Shown here piece by piece: positions 31,752 through 40,783 of a stretch of DNA of 64,000 bases. A program made the translations under genes and the position numbers. Each line of letters begins with the position of its first letter. Position 1 is the stretch's first letter. The notes under the pieces are model-generated. The model was not told where the DNA came from and searched no databases. It saw nothing but the letters and a program-made list of their open reading frames with translations. The DNA is from a bacterium (lineage in GTDB: Bacteria; Omnitrophota; Gorgyraeia; Zapsychrales; Zapsychraceae): assembly GCA_030429765.1 (NCBI GenBank), contig JAUIER010000003.1, forward strand, positions 80,402 to 144,401. Direction: 5' to 3'.

Positions 31752-32557
31752 GCTATAAACTAAGACTTGAGGTATTCGAAGGTCCGCTTGATCTTTTGCT
31801 TTATTTGATCAAGAAGAATGATATCGATATCAAGGACATCCCGATTGTGGAGGTCACCGAACAGTATATGGAGTATATCGATATGATGAAGATGCTGGAC
31901 CTGGATATCGTCGGCGATTTTCTGGTCATGGCAGCGACCTTGATCCAGATCAAGTCAAAGATGCTGTTACCGCCTGAGGTCTCCGAAGAGGATGAGGAAG
32001 AAATCGATCCGCGCGATGAGCTGGCCCGTCGACTACTGGAGTACAAAAGATTCAAGGAGATCGCCAATACGCTTGAAGAGCACGAGATTCATCGAAAAGA
32101 TTACTTTCCGCGCATTCTCGACGAGGAATCCCTGGATCAGATCAAGAAAGACTCGAAGGAGGTTATCTTTGAGGCCAATTTGTTTGATTTGATCAATGCC
32201 TTTTCCGAGGCTCTCAAACGTACGCCTGAAGAGATTATTCATGAGATTGTCCAGGAAGAGTTTACTGTCGAGGACAAGATACATTATATCCTGCACGAGC
32301 TGATCAATACGGAAGAGCTTTGCGTGAATCGTTTATTTGAGAAGTGCCGTTCCAAGCCGGAAATAATTGTTTCCTTTATCGCCGTACTTGAATTGATCCG
32401 GCTTAAGGAAATCAAGGTTTCCCAGAAGGATATTTTCGGTGACATCAATATCACCCGCAACAAAGAACCAATTGATCGGGATGCCGTGGCTCCCGAGCCT
32501 GAGCCCCAACCTGAAGCGTCAGTTGAGGGCGATCTCGAAGTCGAAGAGCAACTTTAA
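31748..32557 (+). CDS. scpA: Segregation and condensation protein A (kleisin).
   Basis: FEGPLDLLLYLIKKNDIDIKDIPIVEVTEQY. Confidence 0.85.
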   Translation: MSYKLRLEVFEGPLDLLLYLIKKNDIDIKDIPIVEVTEQYMEYIDMMKMLDLDIVGDFLVMAATLIQIKSKMLLPPEVSEEDEEEIDPRDELARRLLEYKRFKEIANTLEEHEIHRKDYFPRILDEESLDQIKKDSKEVIFEANLFDLINAFSEALKRTPEEIIHEIVQEEFTVEDKIHYILHELINTEELCVNRLFEKCRSKPEIIVSFIAVLELIRLKEIKVSQKDIFGDINITRNKEPIDRDAVAPEPEPQPEASVEGDLEVEEQL

Positions 32558-32565
32558 AATATGTT

Positions 32566-33597
32566 ATGGACGAACATCGTAAAATCATTTTCAGCCAGGA
32601 AACCGAAGACGATGAAGTCTACAGTTTGTCACTGCGTCCCGCCTTACTTGATGACTTTGTAGGTCAGCAAGATCTCGTCGAGAATCTTAAAATATCTATA
32701 CAGGCCGCTAAACTGCGCGGCGAACCGCTGGAGCATTTATTGTTTTCCGGACCGCCGGGGCTGGGGAAGACCAGTCTGGCGAATATCGTCGCGAATGAAA
32801 TGGGATCGCGTATCACCGTTACATCGGGACCGGCGATTGACCGGGCGGGAGATTTGATCGGGATTCTGACGGGTTTGGAAAAGGGGGATATCTTATTTAT
32901 TGACGAGATCCATCGATTATCCAAGGTGGTGGAGGAATTTTTATACCCGGCGATGGAAAATTTCAAGATCGATTTTATTGTCGATAAAGGTCCGTACGCC
33001 AAGACCATAAATTTTAACCTCAAGCCGTTCACATTGATCGGGGCGACGACCCGTAGCGGATTGTTGGCCTCACCGCTAAGAGACCGCTTCGGGATCTTTC
33101 ATCACCTGGAGTTCTATAACACTGAAGAGTTGGGACGCATCGTGTCGCGTTCCGCCGAGAAACTGGGGATGGAGTTGACCGACGATGCATCGATTGAATT
33201 GGCGCAGCGCTCGCGCGGGACACCACGAATCGCTAATCGATTGCTGCGGCGGGTGCGGGATTATGCGCAGGTCAAAAGCAACAGCAGCTGTGCGACGCGT
33301 GAAACGGTTCATGAGTCCATGCGCACCCTGGGGATTGATCCCCGAGGACTGGATGACGCCGACCGCCGGCTGCTCAAGGTCATCAAAGAACATTACAAGG
33401 GCGGCCCCGTCGGTATTGAAACGTTGGCCGCGACCTTAAACGAAGAGGTGGATACGCTTGTCGATGTCATCGAGCCGTATCTGCTGAAGATTGGTTTTCT
33501 AAACCGAACTCCGCGTGGGCGAGAGCTCACCAGTTCTTCCCGCCAGCATATCGAGCAATCGAACCGTCCGGAACAATCTTTCAACGACATAGATTAG
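32566..33597 (+). CDS. ruvB: Holliday junction branch-migration ATPase RuvB.
   Basis: GPPGLGKTSLA, ILFIDEIHRL, sensor TRSG. Confidence 0.95.
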   Translation: MDEHRKIIFSQETEDDEVYSLSLRPALLDDFVGQQDLVENLKISIQAAKLRGEPLEHLLFSGPPGLGKTSLANIVANEMGSRITVTSGPAIDRAGDLIGILTGLEKGDILFIDEIHRLSKVVEEFLYPAMENFKIDFIVDKGPYAKTINFNLKPFTLIGATTRSGLLASPLRDRFGIFHHLEFYNTEELGRIVSRSAEKLGMELTDDASIELAQRSRGTPRIANRLLRRVRDYAQVKSNSSCATRETVHESMRTLGIDPRGLDDADRRLLKVIKEHYKGGPVGIETLAATLNEEVDTLVDVIEPYLLKIGFLNRTPRGRELTSSSRQHIEQSNRPEQSFNDID

Positions 33598-33609
33598 GAG
33601 AACGGGCTG

Positions 33610-33816
33610 ATGGCGCGAACATTGATCATCATCGGAATCGTGTTTATTGCTTTGGGGATTGTTGTGTCGATGCTGGGCCGTTTACCGGGACTCCCCAGGC
33701 TGCCGGGTGATATTTACATCAAGAAAGAGAACACGACCATTTATGTGCCGATCGTCAGCTGTCTGGTTTTGAGCTTAATCATTAATTTTATTCTGTATCT
33801 GATAAATTCAAAATGA
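33610..33816 (+). CDS. Small membrane protein (DUF2905-like).
   Basis: 68 aa with two hydrophobic helices. Confidence 0.5.
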   Translation: MARTLIIIGIVFIALGIVVSMLGRLPGLPRLPGDIYIKKENTTIYVPIVSCLVLSLIINFILYLINSK

Positions 33817-34952
33817 AAAAAATATTGCTGATCATCCTAAGTTTATTATTGATTCCCTCGACGGGCATGGCGCGGGATGCGTTGATCCGGGTGGCCGTGC
33901 TTAAGGACGCGGAAACATTCGTTATATCAGTCCGAGGGGCGTATGAAATTATCGATTTAAATGACGGAGAGATTATTCAGACGGGACGACGGCTCAAACG
34001 TTCACAAGTTAAAAGGCATACCTCCGGATTGACGATTGGTAAGCAATTATTCATGACCGGGAAGTTGCGCATCATCACTCAGAAGGATATCACGATCTAT
34101 TCTAAACGAAAGCGCAAACAGTATCGCGGCGCGTTGGACATCCGGGTCCAGCCCGACGGTAAGCTGCTGGCGATCAATCGGCTGGATGTGGAATCATACG
34201 TCCGCGGTGTTTTGTATCATGAAATTTCGGATCGTTGGCCGATGGAGGCCACCAAGGCGCAGGCGGTGGCTACCCGAACATATGCCTTATACAAGATGGA
34301 AGAGAGCCGTGGTAAATTATTTGATGTCACGAGCGATATCTATTCTCAGGTGTATGGCGGAAAAAGTGCTGAACGTTTTCGCACGGACATCGCCGCCAAT
34401 TACACGGAAGGTGAGGTGATGATCTATCAAGGCAAGATCATTCCGGCGTTTTTTCATTCGAACAGCGGAGGTCATACCGAGGACGCGAATCAGGTGTGGG
34501 GGATCAATTCGCCGCCGCTGCGGGGGGTGGAGTCTCCCTTCAGCCGAGGGATGCCGCATTATACCTGGACGCGCAACTATCAATCTCGCGAGATCCAACA
34601 AAAGCTCAATGATGGCGGGATCAGCGTCGGGATGATTAAAGACATTAAAGTCGCCGAACGCACAGCCAGCGGTCGGGTCCGCGACCTGATCATCGAAGCC
34701 CGTGACGGTAAAAAAACGCGTATATCCGGTAAAAAGTTCAGAGATGTCGTCGGTCCGAACCTGATTAAGAGTAATATGTATGAAGTGCGGATGAAGGGGT
34801 ATTATTTTGACCTGGTCGGCCGCGGATGGGGCCACGGTGTCGGAATGTGTCAGTGGGGCGCACACAGCATGGCCCGCAAAAGGTACAATTATGAAGAGAT
34901 TCTCAATTATTATTATCCCGGCATGGAGATTGTCCGGGCGGATACTCGATAG
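33813..34952 (+). CDS. SpoIID/LytB-domain protein (lytic transglycosylase / amidase-enhancer family).
   Basis: Signal peptide plus SpoIID core (YVRGVLYHEI...EATKAQAVATRTYA...FHSNSGGHTEDA). Confidence 0.85.
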   Translation: MKKILLIILSLLLIPSTGMARDALIRVAVLKDAETFVISVRGAYEIIDLNDGEIIQTGRRLKRSQVKRHTSGLTIGKQLFMTGKLRIITQKDITIYSKRKRKQYRGALDIRVQPDGKLLAINRLDVESYVRGVLYHEISDRWPMEATKAQAVATRTYALYKMEESRGKLFDVTSDIYSQVYGGKSAERFRTDIAANYTEGEVMIYQGKIIPAFFHSNSGGHTEDANQVWGINSPPLRGVESPFSRGMPHYTWTRNYQSREIQQKLNDGGISVGMIKDIKVAERTASGRVRDLIIEARDGKKTRISGKKFRDVVGPNLIKSNMYEVRMKGYYFDLVGRGWGHGVGMCQWGAHSMARKRYNYEEILNYYYPGMEIVRADTR

Positions 34953-34957
34953 GTGAT

Positions 34958-35971
34958 ATGCGATTAAGTGATTTTCAATATGATTTGCCGGACGATTTGA
35001 TCGCGCAGTATCCACTGGAGCGACGGGAAGACGCGCGGCTGATGGTGTTGGACCGTGAACGTCAGACGATCACGCATGATGTCTTCCAGAATTTTGCGCA
35101 GCACATTCCCAAAGACGCTATGCTGGTCATGAATAACAGCCGGGTTGTCCACGCACGACTGAAAGGGCAACGGGCCGGCAGCGGCGGACAGATTGAAGTT
35201 TTTTTACTCAAGCGTGTGATTGACGATTATCATTACGAAGTATTGATGAAACCGATGAAGCGTTTAAAGAACGGTGACCGTATCGAATTTGCCGGCGATG
35301 CCAAGATTTTCGCTGAGATCATCGACCGTGAAGAGCGAATTGTGCGGTTTAACCGGAAGAACCTGGACCGATTTCTCAAGGATCACGGTCATATTCCGCT
35401 GCCGCCGTATATCAAACGTGCGGACGAAGCGATTGACCGCACCCATTATCAAACCGTTTACGCCAAACAGGCTGGTTCTGTCGCGGCGCCGACGGCGGGA
35501 TTGCATTTTAGTAAAGCGGGATTGGAGCTTTTAAAAAAGAAGGGGCACGAGCTTAAGGAAGTGACGCTGCACATTAATTACGGAACATTCAAACCCGTTG
35601 AGGTCAATGACATCCGCCAGCATCAGATGCACACGGAAAGTTATTGCATTGAGCCGAATGTGTATGAAGATATTGTCGAGCAGCGTCAGGGAAACGGGCG
35701 GATCCTCGCCGTGGGGACGACAAGCGCCCGGGTCCTGGAGTCCGTGGCGCGCAGTGAAACGCTGCAAGGCGACACGGATATCTTTATGTATCCCGGATTT
35801 GACTTCAAGCTGGTCGACACATTACTCACAAATTTTCATCTACCCGGCAGTACATTGCTGATGCTGGTCAGCGCGTTCGGCGGGATGGACCTGATCCGTG
35901 ACGCCTATCGAGAGGCGGTGAAGGAACGGTATCGATTTTTCAGTTACGGCGACGCTATGTTAATCAAATAG
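34958..35971 (+). CDS. queA: S-adenosylmethionine:tRNA ribosyltransferase-isomerase.
   Basis: LSDFQYDLPDDLIAQYP...VGTTSARVLES. Confidence 0.93.
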   Translation: MRLSDFQYDLPDDLIAQYPLERREDARLMVLDRERQTITHDVFQNFAQHIPKDAMLVMNNSRVVHARLKGQRAGSGGQIEVFLLKRVIDDYHYEVLMKPMKRLKNGDRIEFAGDAKIFAEIIDREERIVRFNRKNLDRFLKDHGHIPLPPYIKRADEAIDRTHYQTVYAKQAGSVAAPTAGLHFSKAGLELLKKKGHELKEVTLHINYGTFKPVEVNDIRQHQMHTESYCIEPNVYEDIVEQRQGNGRILAVGTTSARVLESVARSETLQGDTDIFMYPGFDFKLVDTLLTNFHLPGSTLLMLVSAFGGMDLIRDAYREAVKERYRFFSYGDAMLIK

Positions 35972-35983
35972 GATTCAAAATTT

Positions 35984-37114
35984 ATGTACAAATTGATCAA
36001 GACCGACAAACACAGTAAAGCGCGTTTGGGAACGATTCAGACGGCGCACGGAGAGATTCAGACACCGTTCTTTATGCCCGTCGGGACCAACGGGACGGTC
36101 AAGTCATTGACATTCAGTGATCTGAATTCGATAGGGGCTCAGTTGATGTTGTCTAACACCTATCATCTTAATCTTCGCCCGGGAATGAAGATTCTCGAGA
36201 AGGCCGGAGGGCTGCACAATTTTTCAGGTTGGCACAAACCGATCCTCACCGATAGCGGCGGATATCAGGTGTTCAGCCTGGCCAAGCTGCGCAAGATGAG
36301 TGACGACGGCGTGGAGTTCCGTTCGCATCTCGACGGATCCAAACATTATCTGACACCCGAAAGTGTGATGGAAATCGAAAAGACGATTGGTTCAGACATG
36401 GTGATGCCGCTCGATGAATGCGCGCCGTATCCGTGTTCGTATGAGGATGCCGAAAAGTCGGTGGAGCGGACCACGGCCTGGGCCCGTCGAAGTAAAGATC
36501 ATTTTTATGACACTAAAATGACTGAGAATCAAAAGCTCTTCGGGATTATTCAAGGGTCAATTTACGAAGATCTGCGCGAACGATCCGCGAAGGAGTTATT
36601 GGAGATCGGTTTTGACGGATATGCGATAGGCGGGGTCAGCGTGGGGGAGACGGTGAAGGAAATGTTTGATGCGTTACGATGGGTGGAACCATTGCTGCCG
36701 TCGGACAAACCGCGTTATTTTATGGGTATCGGTTATCCCGATCAGATTGTGAAAGCCGTGGGTGAAGGTATCGATATGTTTGATTGCGTGTTGCCGACGC
36801 GTTTCGGCCGGCATGCCACGGCGTTCACTCGGCGGGGACGAGTTGTCGTCAAGAATGCTCAATACGCGGAAGATTTTTCACCTTTGGATCCCGATCGGGA
36901 TATCCCGTTTTGTCAGGAATATTCCAAGGCGTATCTCCGGCATTTGGCGATGCAGGGCGAGATTACGGCGCTGCACGTGATATCGTATGCGAATGTTCAT
37001 TTTTATGTTAATCTAATGCATCAGATGCGCGAGGCGATTAAAGAGGATCGTTTTGTGGAGTTTGAACGGGAGTTCCTGGAAGAATTTAATTCGGAGTTAA
37101 GGCATGCGATTTGA
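35984..37114 (+). CDS. tgt: Queuine tRNA-ribosyltransferase.
   Basis: FMPVGT, ILTDSGGYQV, zinc site CxCxxC...H. Confidence 0.93.
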   Translation: MYKLIKTDKHSKARLGTIQTAHGEIQTPFFMPVGTNGTVKSLTFSDLNSIGAQLMLSNTYHLNLRPGMKILEKAGGLHNFSGWHKPILTDSGGYQVFSLAKLRKMSDDGVEFRSHLDGSKHYLTPESVMEIEKTIGSDMVMPLDECAPYPCSYEDAEKSVERTTAWARRSKDHFYDTKMTENQKLFGIIQGSIYEDLRERSAKELLEIGFDGYAIGGVSVGETVKEMFDALRWVEPLLPSDKPRYFMGIGYPDQIVKAVGEGIDMFDCVLPTRFGRHATAFTRRGRVVVKNAQYAEDFSPLDPDRDIPFCQEYSKAYLRHLAMQGEITALHVISYANVHFYVNLMHQMREAIKEDRFVEFEREFLEEFNSELRHAI

Positions 37115-37784
37115 TGTGATAACGATTTTTCCCAATGTGATTGAACCGATGGTCAACGAGTCTATTCTCAAACGGGCCCAGGACAAAAAGTTGGTCAAGA
37201 TTCAGGCGCACGACCTGCGGGATTACACGGAGGACAAGCATCGCAAGGTGGATGACCGTCCGTTCGGGGGAGGGCCGGGCATGGTGATGTGCTGTCAGCC
37301 GATTTTCGACGCGGTCAAGAAGATCCGGGGGCGTCGCAAGGCCCATGTGGTCATGACCTGTCCGCGCGGCAAGACTTTGACGCAAAAGCGGGCAAAGCGG
37401 TTGACAAAGCATAAAAATATTATTATTATATGCGGTCATTACGAGGGAATCGATGAGCGGATCTATGACGAGCTGGTCGATGAGAGCGTTTCCATTGGTG
37501 ACTATGTCCTGACCGGAGGCGAGATTCCGGCTTTGGTCATTATGGATGCCGTAACTCGTTTAATACCAGGCGTTTTGGGGAAGGAAGAGTCCCTGGATTC
37601 AGAGTCGTTTGACCAGAATCGGCTCGATTTTCCACAATATACCCGCCCGGCAGATTTTCGTGGTAAAAAAGTACCGGATGTGCTATTATCTGGGCATCAT
37701 AAAGAGGTTGAACAGTGGCGAAAAGCTCAGGCATTGGCCCTAACGAAGAAGCATCGTCCTGATTTATTGAAAGATTCAAAATAG
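37104..37784 (+). CDS. trmD: tRNA (guanine37-N1)-methyltransferase.
   Basis: MRFDVITIFP...FGGGPGMV...GHYEGIDER (SPOUT fold). Confidence 0.93.
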   Translation: MRFDVITIFPNVIEPMVNESILKRAQDKKLVKIQAHDLRDYTEDKHRKVDDRPFGGGPGMVMCCQPIFDAVKKIRGRRKAHVVMTCPRGKTLTQKRAKRLTKHKNIIIICGHYEGIDERIYDELVDESVSIGDYVLTGGEIPALVIMDAVTRLIPGVLGKEESLDSESFDQNRLDFPQYTRPADFRGKKVPDVLLSGHHKEVEQWRKAQALALTKKHRPDLLKDSK

Positions 37785-37805
37785 AATGGTATTGGAGGAA
37801 GGCAA

Positions 37806-38168
37806 ATGGCCACTAACATTGGAGCAACATTAAGCAATATCGAAGCAAAATATCTCAAGCAGGATATGCCTGACTTTGATGTTGGTGATACGGTAAAAAT
37901 GCGTATCAAAGTACAAGAGGCGGACAAGGTTCGCGTCCACCCGTTTGAAGGAACGATTATCCGGAAAACCGGTCGCGGATTGAACGGAACATTTACGGTC
38001 CGTAAAATTTCTTATGGTGAAGGCGTTGAAAAGATGTTTCCACTGCATTCACCGGTGATTGAAAATCTTTCGGTCACGAGTAAAGGGATCGTCAAGCGGG
38101 CGAAACTTTACTATCTTCGAGATCGCGTTGGTAAAAAAGCGCGTGTTAAGCGGCAACAAACTCAGTAA
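37806..38168 (+). CDS. rplS: 50S ribosomal protein L19.
   Basis: DFDVGDTVKMRIKVQE...RVHPFEGTIIRK. Confidence 0.95.
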   Translation: MATNIGATLSNIEAKYLKQDMPDFDVGDTVKMRIKVQEADKVRVHPFEGTIIRKTGRGLNGTFTVRKISYGEGVEKMFPLHSPVIENLSVTSKGIVKRAKLYYLRDRVGKKARVKRQQTQ

Positions 38169-38200
38169 GTCGCTGATTTTCTCACACTGATCATATTTCA

Positions 38201-38236
38201 GCATCAAGGGTTTCCCGTCCGGGAGATCCTTGATGC
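38201..38236 (+). other. Extended stem-loop downstream of rplS: 9-bp outer stem GCATCAAGG/CCTTGATGC with an inner TCCCG/CGGGA hairpin.
   Basis: Perfect complementarity read directly from the sequence. No U-tract follows, so it is not a canonical intrinsic terminator. Confidence 0.35.
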
Positions 38237-38278
38237 GACCATCCAAATCAGCATTTCAATTGACAATTTAATGTCTTC

Positions 38279-38902
38279 ATGATCAATTTCGAACAATCTA
38301 TTTTGAACGAAGGATACCGGTTTATCGTCGGCGTGGACGAAGCCGGCCGAGGTCCTTTAGCCGGGCCCGTCGTGGCGGCGGCTGTTGCGGTCAAAGACTA
38401 TGACTTTTCGTCGAGGATTGCTGATTCAAAAAAGATGACACCCCGTCAGCGTCAGCTGGCCTTCGTTGAGATTTATGACAAGGCGTACGTCGGTGTCGGG
38501 ATCATCAATGAAGTGGTGATCGATCGGGACAATATCCTCGAGGCGACATACATGGCGATGACCAATGCCATTCATCAGGTCGTGGCGTCGTTGCCGGAAG
38601 CCATGAATTCGCAGGCGGTCTTGCAGTCGCAGATGTGTTTGCTGATCGACGGCAACCGTTTCAAGAGCGATCTGCCATACCCGTATCGGACGGTGATCAA
38701 AGGCGACAGCAAAGCCTTCAGTATCGCCTGCGCCTCGATTGTGGCCAAGGTGATTCGCGACCGCATCTTATTGACATATGACAAGATTTTTCCCGAATAC
38801 GGGTTTAAACAGCATAAAGGATATCCGACGGCCAAACACAAAGAGGCGATCCGGAACCATGGTCCTTCGCTGATCCATCGACAAACTTTCATTCATTTAT
38901 GA
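38279..38902 (+). CDS. rnhB: Ribonuclease HII.
   Basis: VGVDEAGRGPLAGPVV...DSK... Confidence 0.92.
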   Translation: MINFEQSILNEGYRFIVGVDEAGRGPLAGPVVAAAVAVKDYDFSSRIADSKKMTPRQRQLAFVEIYDKAYVGVGIINEVVIDRDNILEATYMAMTNAIHQVVASLPEAMNSQAVLQSQMCLLIDGNRFKSDLPYPYRTVIKGDSKAFSIACASIVAKVIRDRILLTYDKIFPEYGFKQHKGYPTAKHKEAIRNHGPSLIHRQTFIHL

Positions 38903-39273
38903 CACAGGACATTGATCAATCTAATCTAGGCGCGGTGGGCGAGCAGCTGGCGGTTGAGCATCTCGAGCGCGAAGGATATCAGATTATCAAGCGCAATTAC
39001 CGACATCCGATCGGTGAGATCGATATCATCGCTTTGCAGGACGGGGTGATCTGTTTTGTCGAGGTAAAGATGCGGGCCAATACCGATCAGGGCCACCCGA
39101 TTGAATCAATCACACCTTTAAAGCAACGGAAGATCAGCCGGACGGCGCTGGCCTATCTGCAGGAGCAAGAGGCGACGGAGCGGCCATGCCGTTTCGACGT
39201 GGTTTCTATCCTGTATGAATGGGGTGATTACCAGATCGAACTATGCACGAATGCCTTTGAAAGCGTCTATTAG
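38899..39273 (+). CDS. yraN: YraN-family (UPF0102) endonuclease.
   Basis: GEQLAVEHLEREGYQIIKRNYRHPIGEIDIIA...VEVK; conserved position after rnhB. Confidence 0.85.
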   Translation: MTQDIDQSNLGAVGEQLAVEHLEREGYQIIKRNYRHPIGEIDIIALQDGVICFVEVKMRANTDQGHPIESITPLKQRKISRTALAYLQEQEATERPCRFDVVSILYEWGDYQIELCTNAFESVY

Positions 39274-39406
39274 CGTGGATCCAAATATTGGATGAAAGGA
39301 TTGAAAACAAAATTTCTTTGGGGTATCATAAACTATACTTTCGGGCGGAAAATCATTTCATAAAACATCATTTCCCAGCTTCATTGTCGAATCATTTTCA
39401 ACAGTC

Positions 39407-39892
39407 ATGGCGAAGCGTTTAAAAAATCACACGTTAGACCAGTATCTTGATGTCTTATCGCAGAAACGGCCAACGCCCGGAGGCGGTTCCGCGGCGGCAT
39501 TGACCGGGGCCTGCGGCGCGGCTCTGCTCTCGATGGTGGCAAATTATTCGTTGGGTAAGTCTGATTCCCAGGCCGTTGAACGGCGGCTGCAGTCGAACCT
39601 GAAAAAATCAGAGGAGATCCGGCAGCGTTTAACTGAATTGGTTGATCTGGACGCCGATGCGTATATGAAGGTGGTCAAGGCTCGTAAGGGCACCAAGGCC
39701 GAACAGCGCGCCGCTCAGCGGGCGGCCGAAAAAGTGCCGCTTGAGGTCGGGCGACTGTGCTACAAAGCGGTGCAGTTAGCACCTTATCTTGTTGAAAAAG
39801 GTAACAAATATCTCATCGCTGACGTTGAAATCGCGGTCGAAATGCTGGCCAGTGCGTACAAGTCAGCCTTAATCCTACAGGACCAATCATAA
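39407..39892 (+). CDS. Cyclodeaminase/cyclohydrolase-family protein (FtcD C-terminal-like; methenyl-THF cyclohydrolase-like).
   Basis: TPGGGSAAALTGACGAALLSMVANYS motif. Adjacent to folD. Confidence 0.7.
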   Translation: MAKRLKNHTLDQYLDVLSQKRPTPGGGSAAALTGACGAALLSMVANYSLGKSDSQAVERRLQSNLKKSEEIRQRLTELVDLDADAYMKVVKARKGTKAEQRAAQRAAEKVPLEVGRLCYKAVQLAPYLVEKGNKYLIADVEIAVEMLASAYKSALILQDQS

Positions 39893-39894
39893 AG

Positions 39895-40761
39895 ATGAAA
39901 ACTATGGCAAAACTTCTGGATGGAAAACAACTGGCGCAGGCGATCAAAGATGATCTAACGCAGCAAGTGGCCGAGATGAAATCCCGGCTCAACAAGGTGC
40001 CGCGGCTGGTCAATGTGATGATCGGTCATGACAGCGGCTCATGCGCGTATGCCAACTCTCAAAAACGCGTCGCCGAGCAGATCGGCATTGAGTACGAACT
40101 AAAGAATTTTCCTGAGACCATTTCGCAGCAGGATTTCCGCCAGGCAATTATTGATCTCAACAAAGATCCCGACGTCAACGGCATTATGTTACACAAGCCG
40201 GTGCCAAAGCATATTGACTATCATACAGTCGCAAATTTGGTGGGCATCGAAAAGGATCTGGAAGGGATTAATGTCGCCAACATTGGAAAGATGCTGCTAG
40301 GTGAGACCAATATTATTCCATGCACGCCGCAGGCCGTCATGGAACACATCCGTTCGACAGGAGTGTCGATCCGCGGGAAAGAGGCCGTGATTGTCGGCGC
40401 CAGCGGTATCGTCGGCAAGCCGTTGAGTATTCTGCTTGTGGAACAGCTGGCCACCGTGACTGTATGTCATATTGCCACCAGCGAGGCCGGCCGTTTGCAG
40501 GAACATGTCGGACGTGCGGATATTTTGATTGTGGCGGTAGGCAAGGCGCGATTGATTCCGGGCAGCTGGATCAAACCCGGCGCGATTGTCATCGATGTCG
40601 GTATCAACCGGGTGGACGGAAAGATCGTTGGGGATGTGGATTTTGACAGTGCCCAGGAACAGGCGTCGTTTATCACACCGGTTCCCGGTGGAGTCGGGCC
40701 GGTGACCGTTGTCATGCTGATGAAAAATGGGGTTGAGGCGTTCAAGTTACAAAACTCATAG
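39895..40761 (+). CDS. folD: Bifunctional methylenetetrahydrofolate dehydrogenase/cyclohydrolase.
   Basis: NGIMLHKPVPKHID, TPCTPQAV, VGASGIVGKP. Confidence 0.93.
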   Translation: MKTMAKLLDGKQLAQAIKDDLTQQVAEMKSRLNKVPRLVNVMIGHDSGSCAYANSQKRVAEQIGIEYELKNFPETISQQDFRQAIIDLNKDPDVNGIMLHKPVPKHIDYHTVANLVGIEKDLEGINVANIGKMLLGETNIIPCTPQAVMEHIRSTGVSIRGKEAVIVGASGIVGKPLSILLVEQLATVTVCHIATSEAGRLQEHVGRADILIVAVGKARLIPGSWIKPGAIVIDVGINRVDGKIVGDVDFDSAQEQASFITPVPGGVGPVTVVMLMKNGVEAFKLQNS

Positions 40762-40783
40762 ATGATCAGGGGATATAAGCTTC

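Noticed and set aside
34317-35015. 232-aa minus-strand ORF
   Set aside because: Antisense to the SpoIID-domain gene and the queA start. Composition artefact.
38257-38262. Perfect TTGACA hexamer 17 nt upstream of the rnhB start codon
   Set aside because: Too close to the start codon to serve as a -35 for rnhB, and no matching -10 lies at the right spacing.
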